A stretch of DNA of 63,769 bases, filler included, from Octopus bimaculoides (lineage: Eukaryota): NCBI RefSeq assembly GCF_001194135.2. It is 4 parts of 3 records of this genome, joined end to end, with 100 filler letters (N's around TTAATTAATTAA, not from the genome) between each part and the next. Parts side by side here need not be neighbours in the genome. Positions count along the whole stretch, not along the records: positions 1 to 25,408 come from NC_068987.1; positions 25,509 to 39,739 come from NC_068986.1; 2 more parts are not named here. The stretch is one strand, 5' to 3'. Below are positions 22,616-36,413 of this stretch, piece by piece (the stretch's first letter is position 1; every line of letters starts with the position of its first letter). The notes beneath the pieces were generated by a model that saw only the letters and a list, made by a program, of their open reading frames with translations, had not been told where the DNA came from and ran no database searches. Position numbers and translations under genes: made by a program.

Positions 22616-23114
22616 CAATGAATTAGAAATAGCAATTTTTCTCAAATCACACACTTCTGCTTAGAAAGAAGGAACAAAAACTTTAGGTGCACAGTACCTG
22701 AAAAATAAATGGGATGATCATATCTGGAACACATTTGATCATGAGGTCCACTCAATTAAAGATGACCAGGGGGTAAACCAAAATAGCATCAATCACTATA
22801 TTTATCATCATTATCAACAACAACAACAACAGCAACAATATTTTTTTTTGCCCTCCGTGATTTCTTTTCTATACTTTCCATGCTGCTGGTAAGGGTTGGA
22901 CAGGCTCATCAGTACAGAACATCTCGAGTTTTATAGAAAAAAAAACAAAAAAAAAAACAGAATTATGAACAAAAGAATGAATTAAATATGATGATAACTA
23001 ATACATGGTAAAAATAGAAACCATTGAAATTCAAACAGGATTGCTATATTGATCTGCAGCATTGATTTTCAGAATATAGTCATTATATATGAATGTGTGT
23101 GTGTGTGTGCGTGT

Positions 23115-23157
<43 letters not shown>

Positions 23158-23251
23158 GGAACTAAGAGAATTAGTCCTGAGTGGCCAGTGGCATATATTT
23201 GTGTAACAAAGACTGAATAAAGGTACATTGAAAAGTGTGCAAGATAAATAC

Positions 23252-23343
23252 TTGATTTATTGAGATAATTGCTGCTTCCAGAGAAGACAGAACAATCACA
23301 TGCTGGCAATTGGGACCAAGTCCAAATGAGAAGGGGAGATAAG
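23252..23343 (-). CDS. Candidate exon A1 of an unidentified gene
   Basis: ttcattctttag|C...CAA|gtattt; 92 nt; open in two frames (LSPLLIWTWSQLPACDCSVFSGSSNYLNKS or AYLPFSFGLGPNCQHVIVLSSLEAAIISINQ); both are phase-compatible with A2. Confidence 0.45.
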
Positions 23344-23398
23344 CTAAAGAATGAAGAGTCTCCAGCATTGACGCATCATTAAGGAAAGGACAATTCTT

Positions 23399-23449
<51 letters not shown>

Positions 23450-23627
23450 TACATATACATATACACATGCATCTAGGTTTACAAAGAATAAGTCCTGGGG
23501 TCGATTTGCTCGACTAAATGCAGTGCTCCAGCATGGCTGAAGACAAATGACTGAGACAAGTAAAAAAATAAAAAGAATATATATAATGTACATATCTATC
23601 TATCTATATATATGTATATATACATAC

Positions 23628-23686
<59 letters not shown>

Positions 23687-23708
23687 NNNNNNNNNNNNNN
23701 NNNNNNNN

Positions 23709-23751
<43 letters not shown>

Positions 23752-23756
23752 TATAT

Positions 23757-23940
23757 GGGAGAATTTACGAAAAAAAACAACAGACGAAGACAGGTGGTGT
23801 AAACAACAAATGGATGTATTAGTTTAACGCTCCGGAATTAAGTCTTTGACGTTTCAAGCCTACGCTCTTCAATTGAAAGGAACACAGAAAGAAACAAGGA
23901 GAAAAAAAATATAAATGCAGTGGTCAGCAATCTATCATGG
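23757..23940 (-). mobile_element. Same hammerhead-like element (copy 1)
   Basis: Reverse complement of 23844-23879 is CTTTCAATTGAAGAGCGTAGGCTTGAAACGTCAAAG; flanked by (TA)n and (TATG)n. Confidence 0.8.
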
Positions 23941-24142
23941 CGAGTATGTATGTATGTATGTATGTATGTATGTATGTATGTATGCATGCATGTATGTACG
24001 TACGTATGTATGTATATACATATCTCCATATGGGTGCATGTGTGTTATTTGTATATATATATATAATGTATGTATGTATGTATACAGACACATAAGCGTA
24101 TGTATGTATATATAAATGTATGTATGTATGTTTGTACATATA

Positions 24143-24718
24143 CAGGGTGCCAGAAGTATTTGAGGATATAGCTGATAATTTAATAAAATAACTTTCATTT
24201 AGCGAAACTGGCACTCTGTTAGTTACAACAATAGGAGTTCCAGTTGATCCAATCAATGGAACAGCCAACTCGTGAAATTAATGTGCATGTGGCCGAGCAC
24301 TCCACAGACACTCGTATTTCTTAACAAAGTTCTCAGAGAGATTCAGCATGACACAGAATGTGACAAAGCTGATCTTTTGAATAACAGGTACAACTCATTT
24401 TTGTTAGCTGAATGGACTGCAGCAACATGAGAATGAAGTATTTTGCTCAGGGACACAACACGTCACCAGGAATCAAACCCACAATCTTACAATTGTGAGC
24501 CGATCACCCTAACCACTAAGCCACGCACCTTCACTAATGAAAACTAAATGTCTTTTAATAAAAAATCTGTGCACATATTCTCCATAAGCCTTATAAGTTA
24601 CTCCATAAACCTGCTTTCAGTTTCAATTGACTGCTTCAATGTGGGACCAAAGTTGTTGACTTACCTGCAGTAAATGGTCTTTATTCATTGCAGGCATCAC
24701 AGGGCTATAGTGGTGATA

Positions 24719-24758
<40 letters not shown>

Positions 24759-25345
24759 CGTTGTTAAAAATCTGAAAACTCATTTGTAAAAAAATCTGAA
24801 AACTGAAAGAATCCAAGAAATATGTCATTTCTCTTCTTAAACCTTTGGTCTTGGTCAAAGTTTTTCTCATCAGAGAAGAACCAAAGCAGGCCACACTCGT
24901 GAGAGCTTTTAACCTTGTTATATAACCACTTGGCATGGATCAAATGGTTTTCCTGTGTATTTGAGACATGAATTGGCCTCTCTTCAGTACATACGGCTTG
25001 CATTGAATATCCTCATGCACCACAGTTGCGATAGTCTTATCTGATATGTGAAGTTCTTTGGCAATAGCCCTAATTGATTTTTCTGGGATTATCATGTGTT
25101 TTGAAGCTGTTGGAATGAATTACAGTGTCCTTATATTGTCTGAACTTTTAGAATGATTATTTCTCCATGATACAGTTGAAACATTTTTGTCAGAATATTC
25201 CATTTTTCATCTGAATTTTTGTGTACAAAACATCTTGTAACATGCAGAAAGCCAACAATTTTATAATCACTGTGCTCTGCATCTATGGCAGTAATGACTG
25301 CATGTCTTTTCATTTCTTGTGTTCGCATTTTATTTGCCTAGTTTA
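24143..25345 (-). mobile_element. Second maT/DD37D-like copy, internally deleted, with a SINE inserted at ~24205-24533
   Basis: TQEMKRHAVITAIDAEHSD, FFSDEKNFDQDQ and a C-terminal HIEAV..ESRFME. End TA|CAGGGTG at 24141-24149. Confidence 0.75.
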
Positions 25346-25375
25346 ACTTGTTTATCCATCCATCCATCCATCCAT

Positions 25376-25408
<33 letters not shown>

Positions 25409-25508
25409 NNNNNNNNNNNNNNNNNNNNNNNNNNNNNNNNNNNNNNNNNNNNTTAATTAATTAANNNNNNNNNNNNNNNNNNNNNNNNNNNNNNNNNNNN
25501 NNNNNNNN
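25409..25508. other. Assembly join: 44 N + TTAATTAATTAA + 44 N
   Basis: The same 100-bp construct recurs at 39740-39839 and 48852-48951. It is an all-frame-stop linker, so artificial. Confidence 0.92.
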
Positions 25509-26020
25509 AAGAAGGTTATGCTTTCAATTTGTAGAGATTGGAAGGACGTCGTCTTTTAGGAGCTTCTTGACACGGACAGGATGATCAATTCAGATGTGTA
25601 CTGTGATCACCTTAACAAAATAAATTCATTGATCCATCAGAGGCGCACTTGCTAATCATAAGGGTACTGTTTCTCAATGTTAGACGATGCCAGACAATTC
25701 CAGGCCACAAGTGTTTGCAACCGTCACAGAAGTAACTAGGGCCTAGCTGGAGAGTCTTGATACATCCTCCATATACACTCGACCTTACCCTCCACTGGAC
25801 CTTACCCTTCCACTTTTTTCTGTCTCTTCAAAATTTTTTGAATGAACTCTGAAAACGATAACATTCTGCCGAGAGAATTTTCGACAGAAAAAAAAGACCC
25901 CAAAAAAACAGGAAATTCTTTGAGCTGAGCTGTGAATAACGACAATTACATTACTGATTGAATAACTAGCTTTGAGTTTCAAATATGTTTCTTTTTTACA
26001 CTTAAAAAACCGAACACAAA
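25509..26020 (+). mobile_element. Mariner transposase C-terminal fragment
   Basis: KKVMLSI..WKDVV..ELL...INSDVYCDHL and LIHPPYTLDL. Confidence 0.7.
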
Positions 26021-26771
26021 TAGATATACAAATACATACATATATACAAACATACACTCACTTATGTTTACTTACATATGTGTGTATATATAATCTTTTA
26101 TTCTTTTATTCGTTTCCATATTAGAGTCATTTCAACCATGCTAGAGCACCACCTTTTTGTCGAAGAAATAAACCCCTGGATTTATTCCTTGGAAGCGTGG
26201 TACTTATTCTTTCGGTTTCTTTTGCCGAACCGCTAGTTACGGGGGAGTAAATACATCAACATCGATTGTCAAGTGATGGTGAGGAATAAACACAGGCACA
26301 GAGAAATACCCTCCCCCCATATATATATATATATATATATATATANNNNNNNNNNNNNNNNNNNNNNNNNNNNNNNNNNNNNNNNNNNNNNNNNNNNNNN
26401 NNNNNNNNNNNNNNNNNNNNNNNNNNNNNNNNNNNNNNNNNNNNNNNNNNNNNNNNNNNNNNNNNNNNNNNNNNNNNNNNNNNNNNNNNNNNNNNNNNNN
26501 NNNNNNNNNNNNNNNNNNNNNNNNNNNNNNNNNNNNNNNNNNNNNNNNNNNNNNNNNNNNNNNNNNNNNNNNNNNNNNNNNNNNNNNNNNNNNNNNNNNN
26601 NNNNNNNNNNNNNNNNNNNNNNATATACGACGGTCTTTTTTCAGTTTCTGTCTACCAAATCCACTCGCAAGACTTTGGTCAGCCCGAGGTTATAGTAGAA
26701 GATACTAGCCCAAGATACCACGCAGGGGAACAGAATCATGAGGTTGAGAAGCAAGCTTCTTACCACACAAT

Positions 26772-27962
26772 CACGGAGTTACCCAAAATTAAACGGAAAC
26801 GTTCTCTGTGGGATAAGTCTGTTGCAGTTCAGTTTTCCGCCGCTAGAAGCCACTTGAAGCACATCTCATGCATCAGTCTGCCGACCGGCGACAGCTTCTA
26901 TACTAGTGTTGCTACCTTGTGCGTTTTTGTGTTGCAGTGATTCTCCCCTATTCGTCGAATTTTGCGATGACCGAAACGAAAGAACATCGTGCATCCGCGA
27001 AATTTGTTTTCTTGTGTGGGGAAAACGGCGGCCGAAACAGTTCTCATGCTTCAAACATCATAGAAGGACGCTGCCATGAACAAAACACAAGTTTACGGGT
27101 GGTTTTTACACTTAAGGAATGGTCACTTGTCGCTGGAAGACCAACCTCGTTCAGTGCGACCGTCGACCTCCCGAACAAATGAATACATCACGAAAATTCA
27201 TGAACTGATCTTGAAGGACTGACACCGAGCAACTGACGGACTTGTTGATATGACCAGTGTGTCTTGGAACTCCTGTCAATGAATTTTGAGCGAGGAGTTG
27301 AGAATAAAAAAAGTTGCAGTAAAATTTCTGCCTCATTTGCTCACAGACAATCAAAAGTAATCTCAACTAAATACTTGTCATGATCTGAAAGAACAGCTGG
27401 AAATTGATGAAGACCTTTTTTCGAAGGTTATTGAATGTGACGAAAGCTGGATCTACGGTTACGACCCAGAAACTAAGCAGCGATCAAGTTAATGTAAGCT
27501 TTCGGTGTCACCACGCCCACGAAAAGTGCGTCGAGTGAAATCTAATGTGAAGAGGCTCCTGATTTGTTTCATTGATGCAGGTAACAAAGTGAAAAGTCGT
27601 GGTTTCATCACGACAATGCGCCTGTGCACAATGCCTTCAATGCGAGACAGTTTTTGAGTAAAAACGGCATAACCCCGCTTACTCACAGTCCCGAGTCGTC
27701 CGCTCTTACTCCCTGCAACTTTTTTTTTTGTTTCTCTGAAAGAAAAAAGTCCTTAAAGGAAAACGTTTTGCAGAAGTGGAAGAAGTGAAGAAAAGCACGA
27801 CGAAAGCCTTAAAAGGCATCACTTTCGAACAGTGGAAAACAGGTCTGGACCGATGCATTTCTTTAAATGGGGGATATCTCGAAGACGATAAATATGTAAA
27901 TATGTAAATCTAAATGAATAAATGATGTTGCAAAATTCCGGTTTCTTTTTGGTAGACCCTCG
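26772..27962 (+). mobile_element. Decayed full-length mariner transposon (second family)
   Basis: MTETKEHRA.., DESWIYGYDPETKQ, HHDNAPVH, LKGKRFAEVEEVKK and LDRCISLNGGYLE. Diverged TIRs; the right end is CCCTCG|TA. Confidence 0.85.
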
Positions 27963-28337
27963 TATATTCTCTCTATTACTCGACAACCGATGCTGGTGTG
28001 TTTATGTCCTCATATCCTAGCGGCTCGGCAAAATAGAACGATAGAATAAGTACAAAGCTTACAAAGAATAGGCCCTCGGGTCGATTTCTTTGACTATAAT
28101 CCTTTAAGCCGGTACCCCGGCATGGCTGCAGTCAAATTACTGAAACAAGTAGAAGAATGAAAGAATATATGTATGTAATTACGTAAGGATGAATTATGTA
28201 TGTATGTATGTATGTATGTATGTATGTATGTGTATGTATATTTGTATGTATGTATGCATGTATGTATGCATGTATACATGTACAATACAAATAGAGAAAT
28301 GCTCTCACAATCCCATATATAAGTGTCAATATATATG

Positions 28338-28373
<36 letters not shown>

Positions 28374-28807
28374 GTAGAATTTAGCTATTGATATTCTTGT
28401 GAGACCCTAGGTAGGTAGACATTTTCGTAAGCGATAGAAGAACGTCATGTGATACAAAGTCATGCGATGCAAAGCTTAAAGTCTCTGACAGTGTGACATA
28501 TCTTAGTGATATTTGTTCATATTTTTTGTTTCGTTTTCTTTGGTATTTCTGTTTTTATTTACGATAACCTTTATACATTCAGGTGTTAAACTGTTTTTCT
28601 GGGATCTTTGATATGTTTCCTACATTTCAAGAAAACTAGAAGTCTGGGAGAGTTTTGGAGTATATTTTGATACGTTTTCAAACTCTCCCATTTCTTCCGA
28701 GCGGTTGGGTATATTTCCAAATTGAACACCTAAACGTCTCTCTCCTTACTTTTCAATTATAAAGTATATTCTATGATCTTACGTTCTTTTTTTTTTCTTT
28801 TTTCCAG

Positions 28808-28852
28808 TTAGTACAACCTCGGAAATGACGACAGTGCAAATGATAGAAAAAG
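28808..28852 (+). CDS. 45-nt S/T-rich stalk micro-exon of the same membrane-protein gene
   Basis: Long T tract then ttccag|TT...AAAAG|gtaaat; phase 1 to 1; reads STTSEMTTVQMIEK. The final G joins AT of the TM exon (D). Confidence 0.65.
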
Positions 28853-30780
28853 GTAAATAGTGGTTTATAAATTTCTCACTACTCATTGTCTTTTATTCTT
28901 AGCATTTGTTAAACGCATTTTGATTTCGTTCGCAAATTTTGTGCAGCAACAGATTTATGCATCTTGTTTTCTCCTGCTGATAATCTCACGTTGGAATGTC
29001 AAATCACAAAAAATGGGAGGCTTTTAGCTTTCTGCCAGACTACAGAATCTTAAATTAAGCACGACTTCTTATGATATGATTAACGACTACGAAATAGCCA
29101 AGACGATGTATTTGATAACATAATCGACTCTTCTGCGTCCCGATTATTAAACTTCCATTTCACCTATAAGAGTAACACGAGCTGTATCGTCTCACCATTT
29201 ATATTTATCATAGTTACGCACTTGATACTAATATAGTAGTTTTACGAATTAATGATGCCATCCTCTAGACTTATAGCTGACAATATAATACTTGGGCAAT
29301 CTAGAATCGAATAGTGCAAATACTTCAACAATATTGTTCACTTACTAATTTAAACATAACTGGAAAACCAAAATCATTCTTTATAGTCATTACTCTCATT
29401 TACAAAAACGGCGTTGCTTCGCCCTGTTGAAAATGTTTAAGGTCTTCAAAAAGCTCTCTTTCGAGATGAATATATTTTCCTCAAGAGAAGACGTCATTTG
29501 AATAGCTTAGATAAAAGCCCGCTAAACTTTACACTTGCAGTAAAAGCATGAGTAGAGTTGAAACTTCTTTCAGTGTATACCCCCACCACACAAACACACA
29601 CGCACACACACACACATGCGCATATATATGTGTGTACGTGTGTACGTGTGGGTGGGTGTGCGTTCGTGCGCGAGGACTTAGAGCAACGTAGATTGCTCAC
29701 CCGATTTTAACAGGATGGCACAATATTTATGTTCACTAATGGACCTAGATTATTTTAGGATCATAGATTAGTTATATGTGGACTAAATGTATGAATGAAT
29801 TACAGTTACGAAGCATACTTGAAAAGATTTTGGCTGTGTAGAATATTAGAGATGAAAATAGAACTTGTGGGTGATGAATCTTGTGGGTAATTCATAACTT
29901 CCGGTGCTAGATCTTACATTTAAATGTAGTGTTCTGAACTATGCTTACCAGTTTAGTCAAAGGAACTTTATATACAATACTTACCACCCAAGTCTCACAA
30001 TGTTTGAACATGTCCATAAATTTACGAAGTGGTTTCACAATAATCAAAAATGGAATAAAGTCTGGGAAATTATGAGAATCAGTCTACTAAGTAACATGGT
30101 AGATGGCTTGCTCCAGCGGAGTGAATATGATTTCTGAAAAATTCATAAGCTGCATATCAACAATGCATGAGTCACAAACGCATAATGTGGTATATATATA
30201 TATATATATNNNNNNNNNNNNNNNNNNNNNNNNNNNNNNNNNNNNNNNNNNNNNNNNNNNNNNNNNNNNNNNNNNNNNNNNNNNNNNNNNNNNNNNNNNN
30301 NNNNNNNNNNNNNNNNNNNNNNNNNNNNNNNNNNNNNNNNNNNNNNNNNNNNNNNNNNNNNNNNNNNNNNNNNNNNNNNNNNNNNNNNNNNNNNNNNNNN
30401 NNNNNNNNNNNNNNNNNNNNNNNNNNNNNNNNNNNNNNNNNNNNNNNNNNNNNNNNNNNNNNNNNNNNNNNNNNNNNNNNNNNNNNNNNNNNNNNNNNNN
30501 NNNNNNNNNNNNNNNNNNNNNNNNNNNNNNCGAACGAGTCGGTACTTAATACGCAATCCTTCACGAATTGTAATAGTACTGTACGCTTCGCATGTTCCTA
30601 ACAAACCGATAATTCAACTGCAACTGAACTTGATTTCAAATATATATTACTATATATTACTAATACTTTGGAAAGGAATGTCTTTATTTTTTGTACCTGT
30701 GTAACTTAAATAAATTTGATTAACTGAAATGAAGAATCTAAGATGCTATTACAATATTCTTTCCTCTTCTCTTTTTGCAG

Positions 30781-30913
30781 ATTCTACAGATCTAATTCTC
30801 GGCCTTGGCATTGGAATTCCTGCAGTAGTTATTTTACTGATCATAATTCTGCTTTCTTTGTGGCGTCAAAGGAAAAAGAACAAGTCTCTATTTCTTCTGA
30901 ACTCATCAGACAT
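30781..30913 (+). CDS. Transmembrane exon of a type I membrane protein
   Basis: cttctctttttgcag|AT; reads (D)STDLILGLGIGIPAVVILLIIILLSLWRQRKKNKSLFLLNSSD, a ~24 aa hydrophobic helix followed by a basic stop-transfer segment. Donor AT|gtaag (phase 2); unspliced read-through stops at 30917. Confidence 0.8.
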
Positions 30914-31563
30914 GTAAGATGATCAATACTTCATTGTGTTTCCTCTGTGTTAGAGAATACGTGTAAACAATGGAAACTTGTTTAACGTTAATGTTAAAGT
31001 CTTCGTTGCCAGCAATTTGCAACAGCTGTGATTTTTTAATAACTGTTTTTGAATATACATAGACACTGATATAATCACTTTCTGACAGCGCAGTTAGGAC
31101 CTTTATCAGTTTCAGATAAACTCTACGGTCAAAGAAGTGGCATCAAAATTCACCCATATGTCTAGAAAGGAACAAAACCTTTCTCCGTGCTCTAGTTTGG
31201 TTTTCCTTGATGCCCAGGATTTCTTTGCGAACATTGCCGTTTAAGCCTGTCAATAACCTCTATACGATGCTAGTGTTGACAACCCAGCGAATATATTTAC
31301 TGTAATTCGCAACCGAAGCAAGAGAACTACTTATAGTTTCAGGGATCTTATATAGTCCATTCTGCGGTTGCAATACTGAAAAGTCATTTTATATATCATG
31401 GCATGATGAAAAGCAGATTCGATTCCAATTCCCTTGATTTGTTCTAATTTTAGTTATTCCCTAAATAAAGGGACGCAACACAGTATAGAAAGACATTTTA
31501 TCCAAATTCACATATCCTACACACAGGCATCTCAAAAGTAAATAGACATCGTCTAATGTGTGT

Positions 31564-31610
<47 letters not shown>

Positions 31611-31710
31611 GAAGTTTTTATATATACAAATATAAAAGACATAAGTAGATACATACGTGCATATATATATATATACATACATGCATATATATATATATAC
31701 ATATGTGTGT

Positions 31711-31773
<63 letters not shown>

Positions 31774-32746
31774 GTATGTATATGTGTGTAGGGGGGTGTA
31801 TGAGTATTTTTCTTTTGGAGGGTTTGAAAATATGCCTGAATTTGCAAAACGTGTTTTTAGATTTATTCACATACATGTCAAACTAGTTCCAACAATGTTT
31901 TTGTTTATCAATGGTACAAATAGGTATAAAACAAGTGAATTTTAACAGAGTTTAAAATTACGAAGTAAGTATTGAGCAAACATGTTTAAATGATCAAATT
32001 TTCACATAAAATTCAATGAGGTTCACGGTGATAGATAATATCAAAGTAAAGATTTGGCGAAGAATATAACGAACGTACAATACTAAAAGTTCGGTCATAT
32101 TGAGTTTTTATAGAATACGTGGACAAGAGAAAGAAAACAAAAGGGAAAGAGAGTAAAAAAGTTTTCTTTTTTACAGTTTCTGTCGTCGTGGGTGTAGTTC
32201 TTTTTCCCGTCGCGTACTTTTCACATTCAAACTCCGGAAACAAATTCTCCTATATTTTTCCTGCCTTAGAATACGTCTCTGCTCCCCATATATATATATA
32301 TTTATATATGCATATATGACGCATATATANNNNNNNNNNNNNNNNNNNNNNNNNNNNNNNNNNNNNNNNNNNNNNNNNNNNNNNNNNNNNNNNNNNNNNN
32401 NNNNNNNNNNNNNNNNNNNNNNNNNNNNNNNNNNNNNNNNNNNNNNNNNNNNNNNNNNNNNNNNNNNNNNNNNNNNNNNNNNNNNNNNNNNNNNNNNNNN
32501 NNNNNNNNNNNNNNNNNNNNNNNNNNNNNNNNNNNNNNNNNNNNNNNNNNNNNNNNNNNNNNNNNNNNNNNNNNNNNNNNNNNNNNNNNNNNNNNNNNNN
32601 NNNNNNNNNNNNNNNNNNNNNNNNNNNNNNNNNNNNNNNNNNNNNNNNNNNNNNNNNNNNNNNNNNNNNNNNNNNNNNNNNNNNNNNNNNNNNNNNNNNN
32701 NNNNNNNNNNNNNNNNNNNNNNNNNNNNNNNNNNNNNNNNNNTTAT

Positions 32747-33310
32747 CTATACTTCCTTCCATCTATTTACAAGCTTTTCAATCTCATCAATATAAAACTC
32801 TTTTAGTTTCAAAGTGAAGAACTTTGAAATGTCATTTTCGACCTCCTCCTGGCTTGCGAAAGCTATGCCCCACAAATGATTCTGTAAACTACGAAACAAA
32901 TGGTAGTCTGAAGGAGCAAGGTCGGGAGAATAAGGTGGATGAGGAATTTTTCCCAACCAAGCTCCTCGATCTTCTGTGATGTGATATTTGCAGTGTGGAG
33001 TCGCGCATTGTCCTGATGAAACATCACTCCTTTTCGATTCACTAAAGGGTCGTTTTTCCTTCAAAGCTTGGTTTAAATGCTCTATTTGCTGACAGTAGAC
33101 TTTAGCAATGATTTTTGTATTAGGTGGTAACAATTCAAAGTGAGTTGCTCCTTTGCAATCCCACCACACAAAGAGAAGAAAATTTTTTTCCATGAAGTTC
33201 CCTTCTCGGTTGTGGTTGAGATTTTTCCCTTTTACCAAACCACTGTTTACGACGTTAGACATTTCGATAGAAGATCTATTTTTGTCACCAGTCACAAATC
33301 TATCCAAAAA
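32747..33310 (-). mobile_element. Mariner transposase catalytic-domain fragment
   Basis: FVTGD, VWWDCKG..HFELLP, YCQQIEHL and PHPPYSPDLAPSDYHLFRSLQNHL. Runs into an N gap. Confidence 0.93.
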
Positions 33311-33439
33311 GGATGAAATGAGTTCGCGAGAATGCAGAGAAGAGCAGATGTCAACTCGGTATTTTCAGTTGCTTTCGGACAATTCACGAGGCACCAATTT
33401 TCCAAGTTTAGGTACCTTTCCAAGTTGCTGAAGATGAAG

Positions 33440-33620
33440 ATGAACAGTTGTAGAGTTTGAACTAAGCTCTATTTCCTTAAAGGAAAACGTTTGGCAGATG
33501 GGGAAAAGGTGAAGAAAAAACGACGGAGTTTCAGAACTGGTTCGAACAGTAGAAGTCTGGACCGTTGCATAGCTCCAAATGGAGAATACTGTGAAGGCGG
33601 TAAAAGTATAATCATGCAAA
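33440..33620 (+). mobile_element. 3' fragment of the 26772-27962 mariner family
   Basis: LKGKRLADGEKVKK...LDRCIAPNGEYCEG; the DNA aligns by eye to 27750-27890. Confidence 0.7.
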
Positions 33621-36024
33621 CCTAAGTCAATGAAATAATATAGCAAAATTACGGAAAGGGTGTTGTGTTCTTGAGCACAACATTTCATTTCACGTTGCTC
33701 CAGTCCATTCAACTGGTAAATATAATTTTACGACGACCCGGTATTCCGTCCAGTGGAAGATATATACACCATGAAAACCAGGAAACCGACCCTAGGTGTC
33801 TGCATGACTCGGGAAGGAACTTCACTTTCTTTTTAGAAATACACAATTGAAACAATCATTTGTCTAAGCGTTAAGTAAATATGTAATATTCTCCAAACTT
33901 GTTAACGTTGTTATGTAGTCTGGATTACTTGGAATTCGTCGAAGCCGTCTTTCAGGGAAATTACTTTGGTGTAAATCCTCATCGGATCGATTGTTTTCTG
34001 GTAGTTTGATGTAGTCAACCAAGTTTACTTACACACTGAGTCCATACCAGCTATCTTTTTACCAGTTATATAAATATATATATATATATANNNNNNNNNN
34101 NNNNNNNNNNNNNNNNNNNNNNNNNNNNNNNNNNNNNNNNNNNNNNNNNNNNNNNNNNNNNNNNNNNNNNNNNNNNNNNNNNNNNNNNNNNNNNNNNNNN
34201 NNNNNNNNNNNNNNNNNNNNNNNNNNNNNNNNNNNNNNNNNNNNNNNNNNNNNNNNNNNNNNNNNNNNNNNNNNNNNNNNNNNNNNNNNNNNNNNNNNNN
34301 NNNNNNNNNNNNNNNNNNNNNNNNNNNNNNNNNNNNNNNNNNNNNNNNNNNNNNNNNNNNNNNNNNNNNNNNNNNNNNNNNNNNNNNNNNNNNNNNNNNN
34401 NNNNNNNNNNNNNNNNNNNNNNNNNNNNNNNNNNNNNNNNNNNNNNNNNNNNNNNNNNNNNNNNNNNNNNNNNNNNNNNNNNNNNNNNNNNNNNNNNNNN
34501 NNNNNNNNNNNNNNNNNNNNNNNNNNNNNNNNNNNNNNNNNNNNNNNNNNNNNNNNNNNNNNNNNNNNNNNNNNNNNNNNNNNNNNNNNNNNNNNNNNNN
34601 NNNNNNNNNNNNNNNNNNNNNNNNNNNNNNNNNNNNNNNNNNNNNNNNNNNNNNNNNNNNNNNNNNNNNNNNNNNNNNNNNNNNNNNNNNNNNNNNNNNN
34701 NNNNNNNNNNNNNNNNNNNNNNNNNNNNNNNNNNNNNNNNNNNNNNNNNNNNNNNNNNNNNNNNNNNNNNNNNNNNNNNNNNNNNNNNNNNNNNNNNNNN
34801 NNNNNNNNNNNNNNNNNNNNNNNNNNNNNNNNNNNNNNNNNNNNNNNNNNNNNNNNNNNNNNNNNNNNNNNNNNNNNNNNNNNNNNNNNNNNNNNNNNNN
34901 NNNNNNNNNNNNNNNNNNNNNNNNNNNNNNNNNNNNNNNNNNNNNNNNNNNNNNNNNNNNNNNNNNNNNNNNNNNNNNNNNNNNNNNNNNNNNNNNNNNN
35001 NNNNNNNNNNNNNNNNNNNNNNNNNNNNNNNNNNNNNNNNNNNNNNNNNNNNNNNNNNNNNNNNNNNNGTTTTGATGACTTTATTAAATTCTTTTCCAAG
35101 ACTGTGTGCTGACAGATTCGTTAGCACACCAGACAAAATGCTTGACAGCAATTCTGCTTCTATCTTCTGAGTTCATATTTTGACCAGATCGACTTTATCT
35201 TTTATAATTTCAGAGTCTTTAAAATAAGTAACAGTGAAATATTGAGGTCAAGTAGATTTATAGTCACAAAGTTTCCATCCCTCGTTTACTTTTCTGGCAT
35301 AAAATACCTTCAAACATTTTGTCTAATGTATATCTTTTTATGTAACGTAATATAGCATTGATGTTGCCACCGTCTCTAGCTGGTCGGATGATAACGCCAG
35401 TTAAATGCCTGATTCATGAAATTGTTTGTTGTTGGAATTTTTATCTTTTACTTGTTTCGGTCATTGGGCTGCAGCCATACTGGGGGTACCATCTTGAAGG
35501 ATTTTACTCCAACTGATTGGCCCCAGCACTTATTTTTAAGTCTGGTACTTATTCTATCTTAAATTTTGCCGAGCTTCTGAGTTAGTGGGACATAAATCAG
35601 AACCGGTTCTCAAGACAGAGGAGTGAACAATCACTGACGCAAAGACACTGGGCTCGATGTAATTGACTTAATCCATTTGTCTGTCCTTGTTTGTCCTAAA
35701 GAAATAAGAAGGAAAGATGGATGTAGACATACAGATGGATATACATTTGTGCGTATATGGGTACGTATATATATGCATGTGTGTGTGCGTGTGCGTATGT
35801 GTTTATGAGTCTGTGTTTGTGTGTATGGATATTTGTGAGTGTACGACTGTGTGTGTACGTGTGTACAAGTGTGTATTTTCTAATGGCCTTCAAATATATT
35901 TTGCTCGCAACAGAATCGTATGCTTTATCAATTAATAAATGTAACAATTTCTTATATCCGTTTTTATTAACTCTTATTATTTATTAACTCCTTTCATTGC
36001 GTAATATTTTATATCTCCTTGCAG

Positions 36025-36059
36025 CGTATATTCAATTTATCCTCGATAGTGAAGACGAG
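36025..36059 (+). CDS. Candidate 35-nt cytoplasmic-tail micro-exon (frame unresolved)
   Basis: atctccttgcag|CG...GAG|gtgagt, strong sites. Frames: VYSIYPR* if spliced directly to the TM exon, YIQFILDSEDE (phase 1), or RIFNLSSIVKT (phase 0). Confidence 0.5.
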
Positions 36060-36343
36060 GTGAGTAACTTGGTCTTTTCTCACTTTTTGTAATCGATAGA
36101 CTGCCAAGAATAGAACTGTCAACCTTTAATATTTAACAGATTCCTTTAAGAAACGTAAATTACACAATAGTCCATGAAAATTTCTGTTACGTCAGCTTAG
36201 ATGTGCGAAGAATACACTCATACATATACCCGCAAACACACATATGTATATATATGTATGAGTGTATGTTTATTTACACACAAGTGCACGCGCACAAACA
36301 CAGATGTATATAACTATATCGATATCTATCTATCTATCTATCC

Positions 36344-36413
<70 letters not shown>

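Noticed and set aside
23252-23343. Cytochrome P450-like motif YLPFSFGLGPNC, and a plus-strand WD40-like ASREDRTITCW
   Set aside because: The FxxGxRxCxG spacing is broken and adjacent exons show no P450 features. The WD40-like frame is bounded by stops with only a weak acceptor.
25453-25464. TTAATTAATTAA islands inside N runs (also 39784-39795 and 48896-48907) as a biological motif
   Set aside because: Always centred in an exact 44+12+44 construct, so an assembly linker.
29904-30137. 77-aa plus-strand ORF and nearby minus-strand GTAAG donors
   Set aside because: No recognisable motif and no consistent exon chain; it lies in an intron of the membrane-protein gene.
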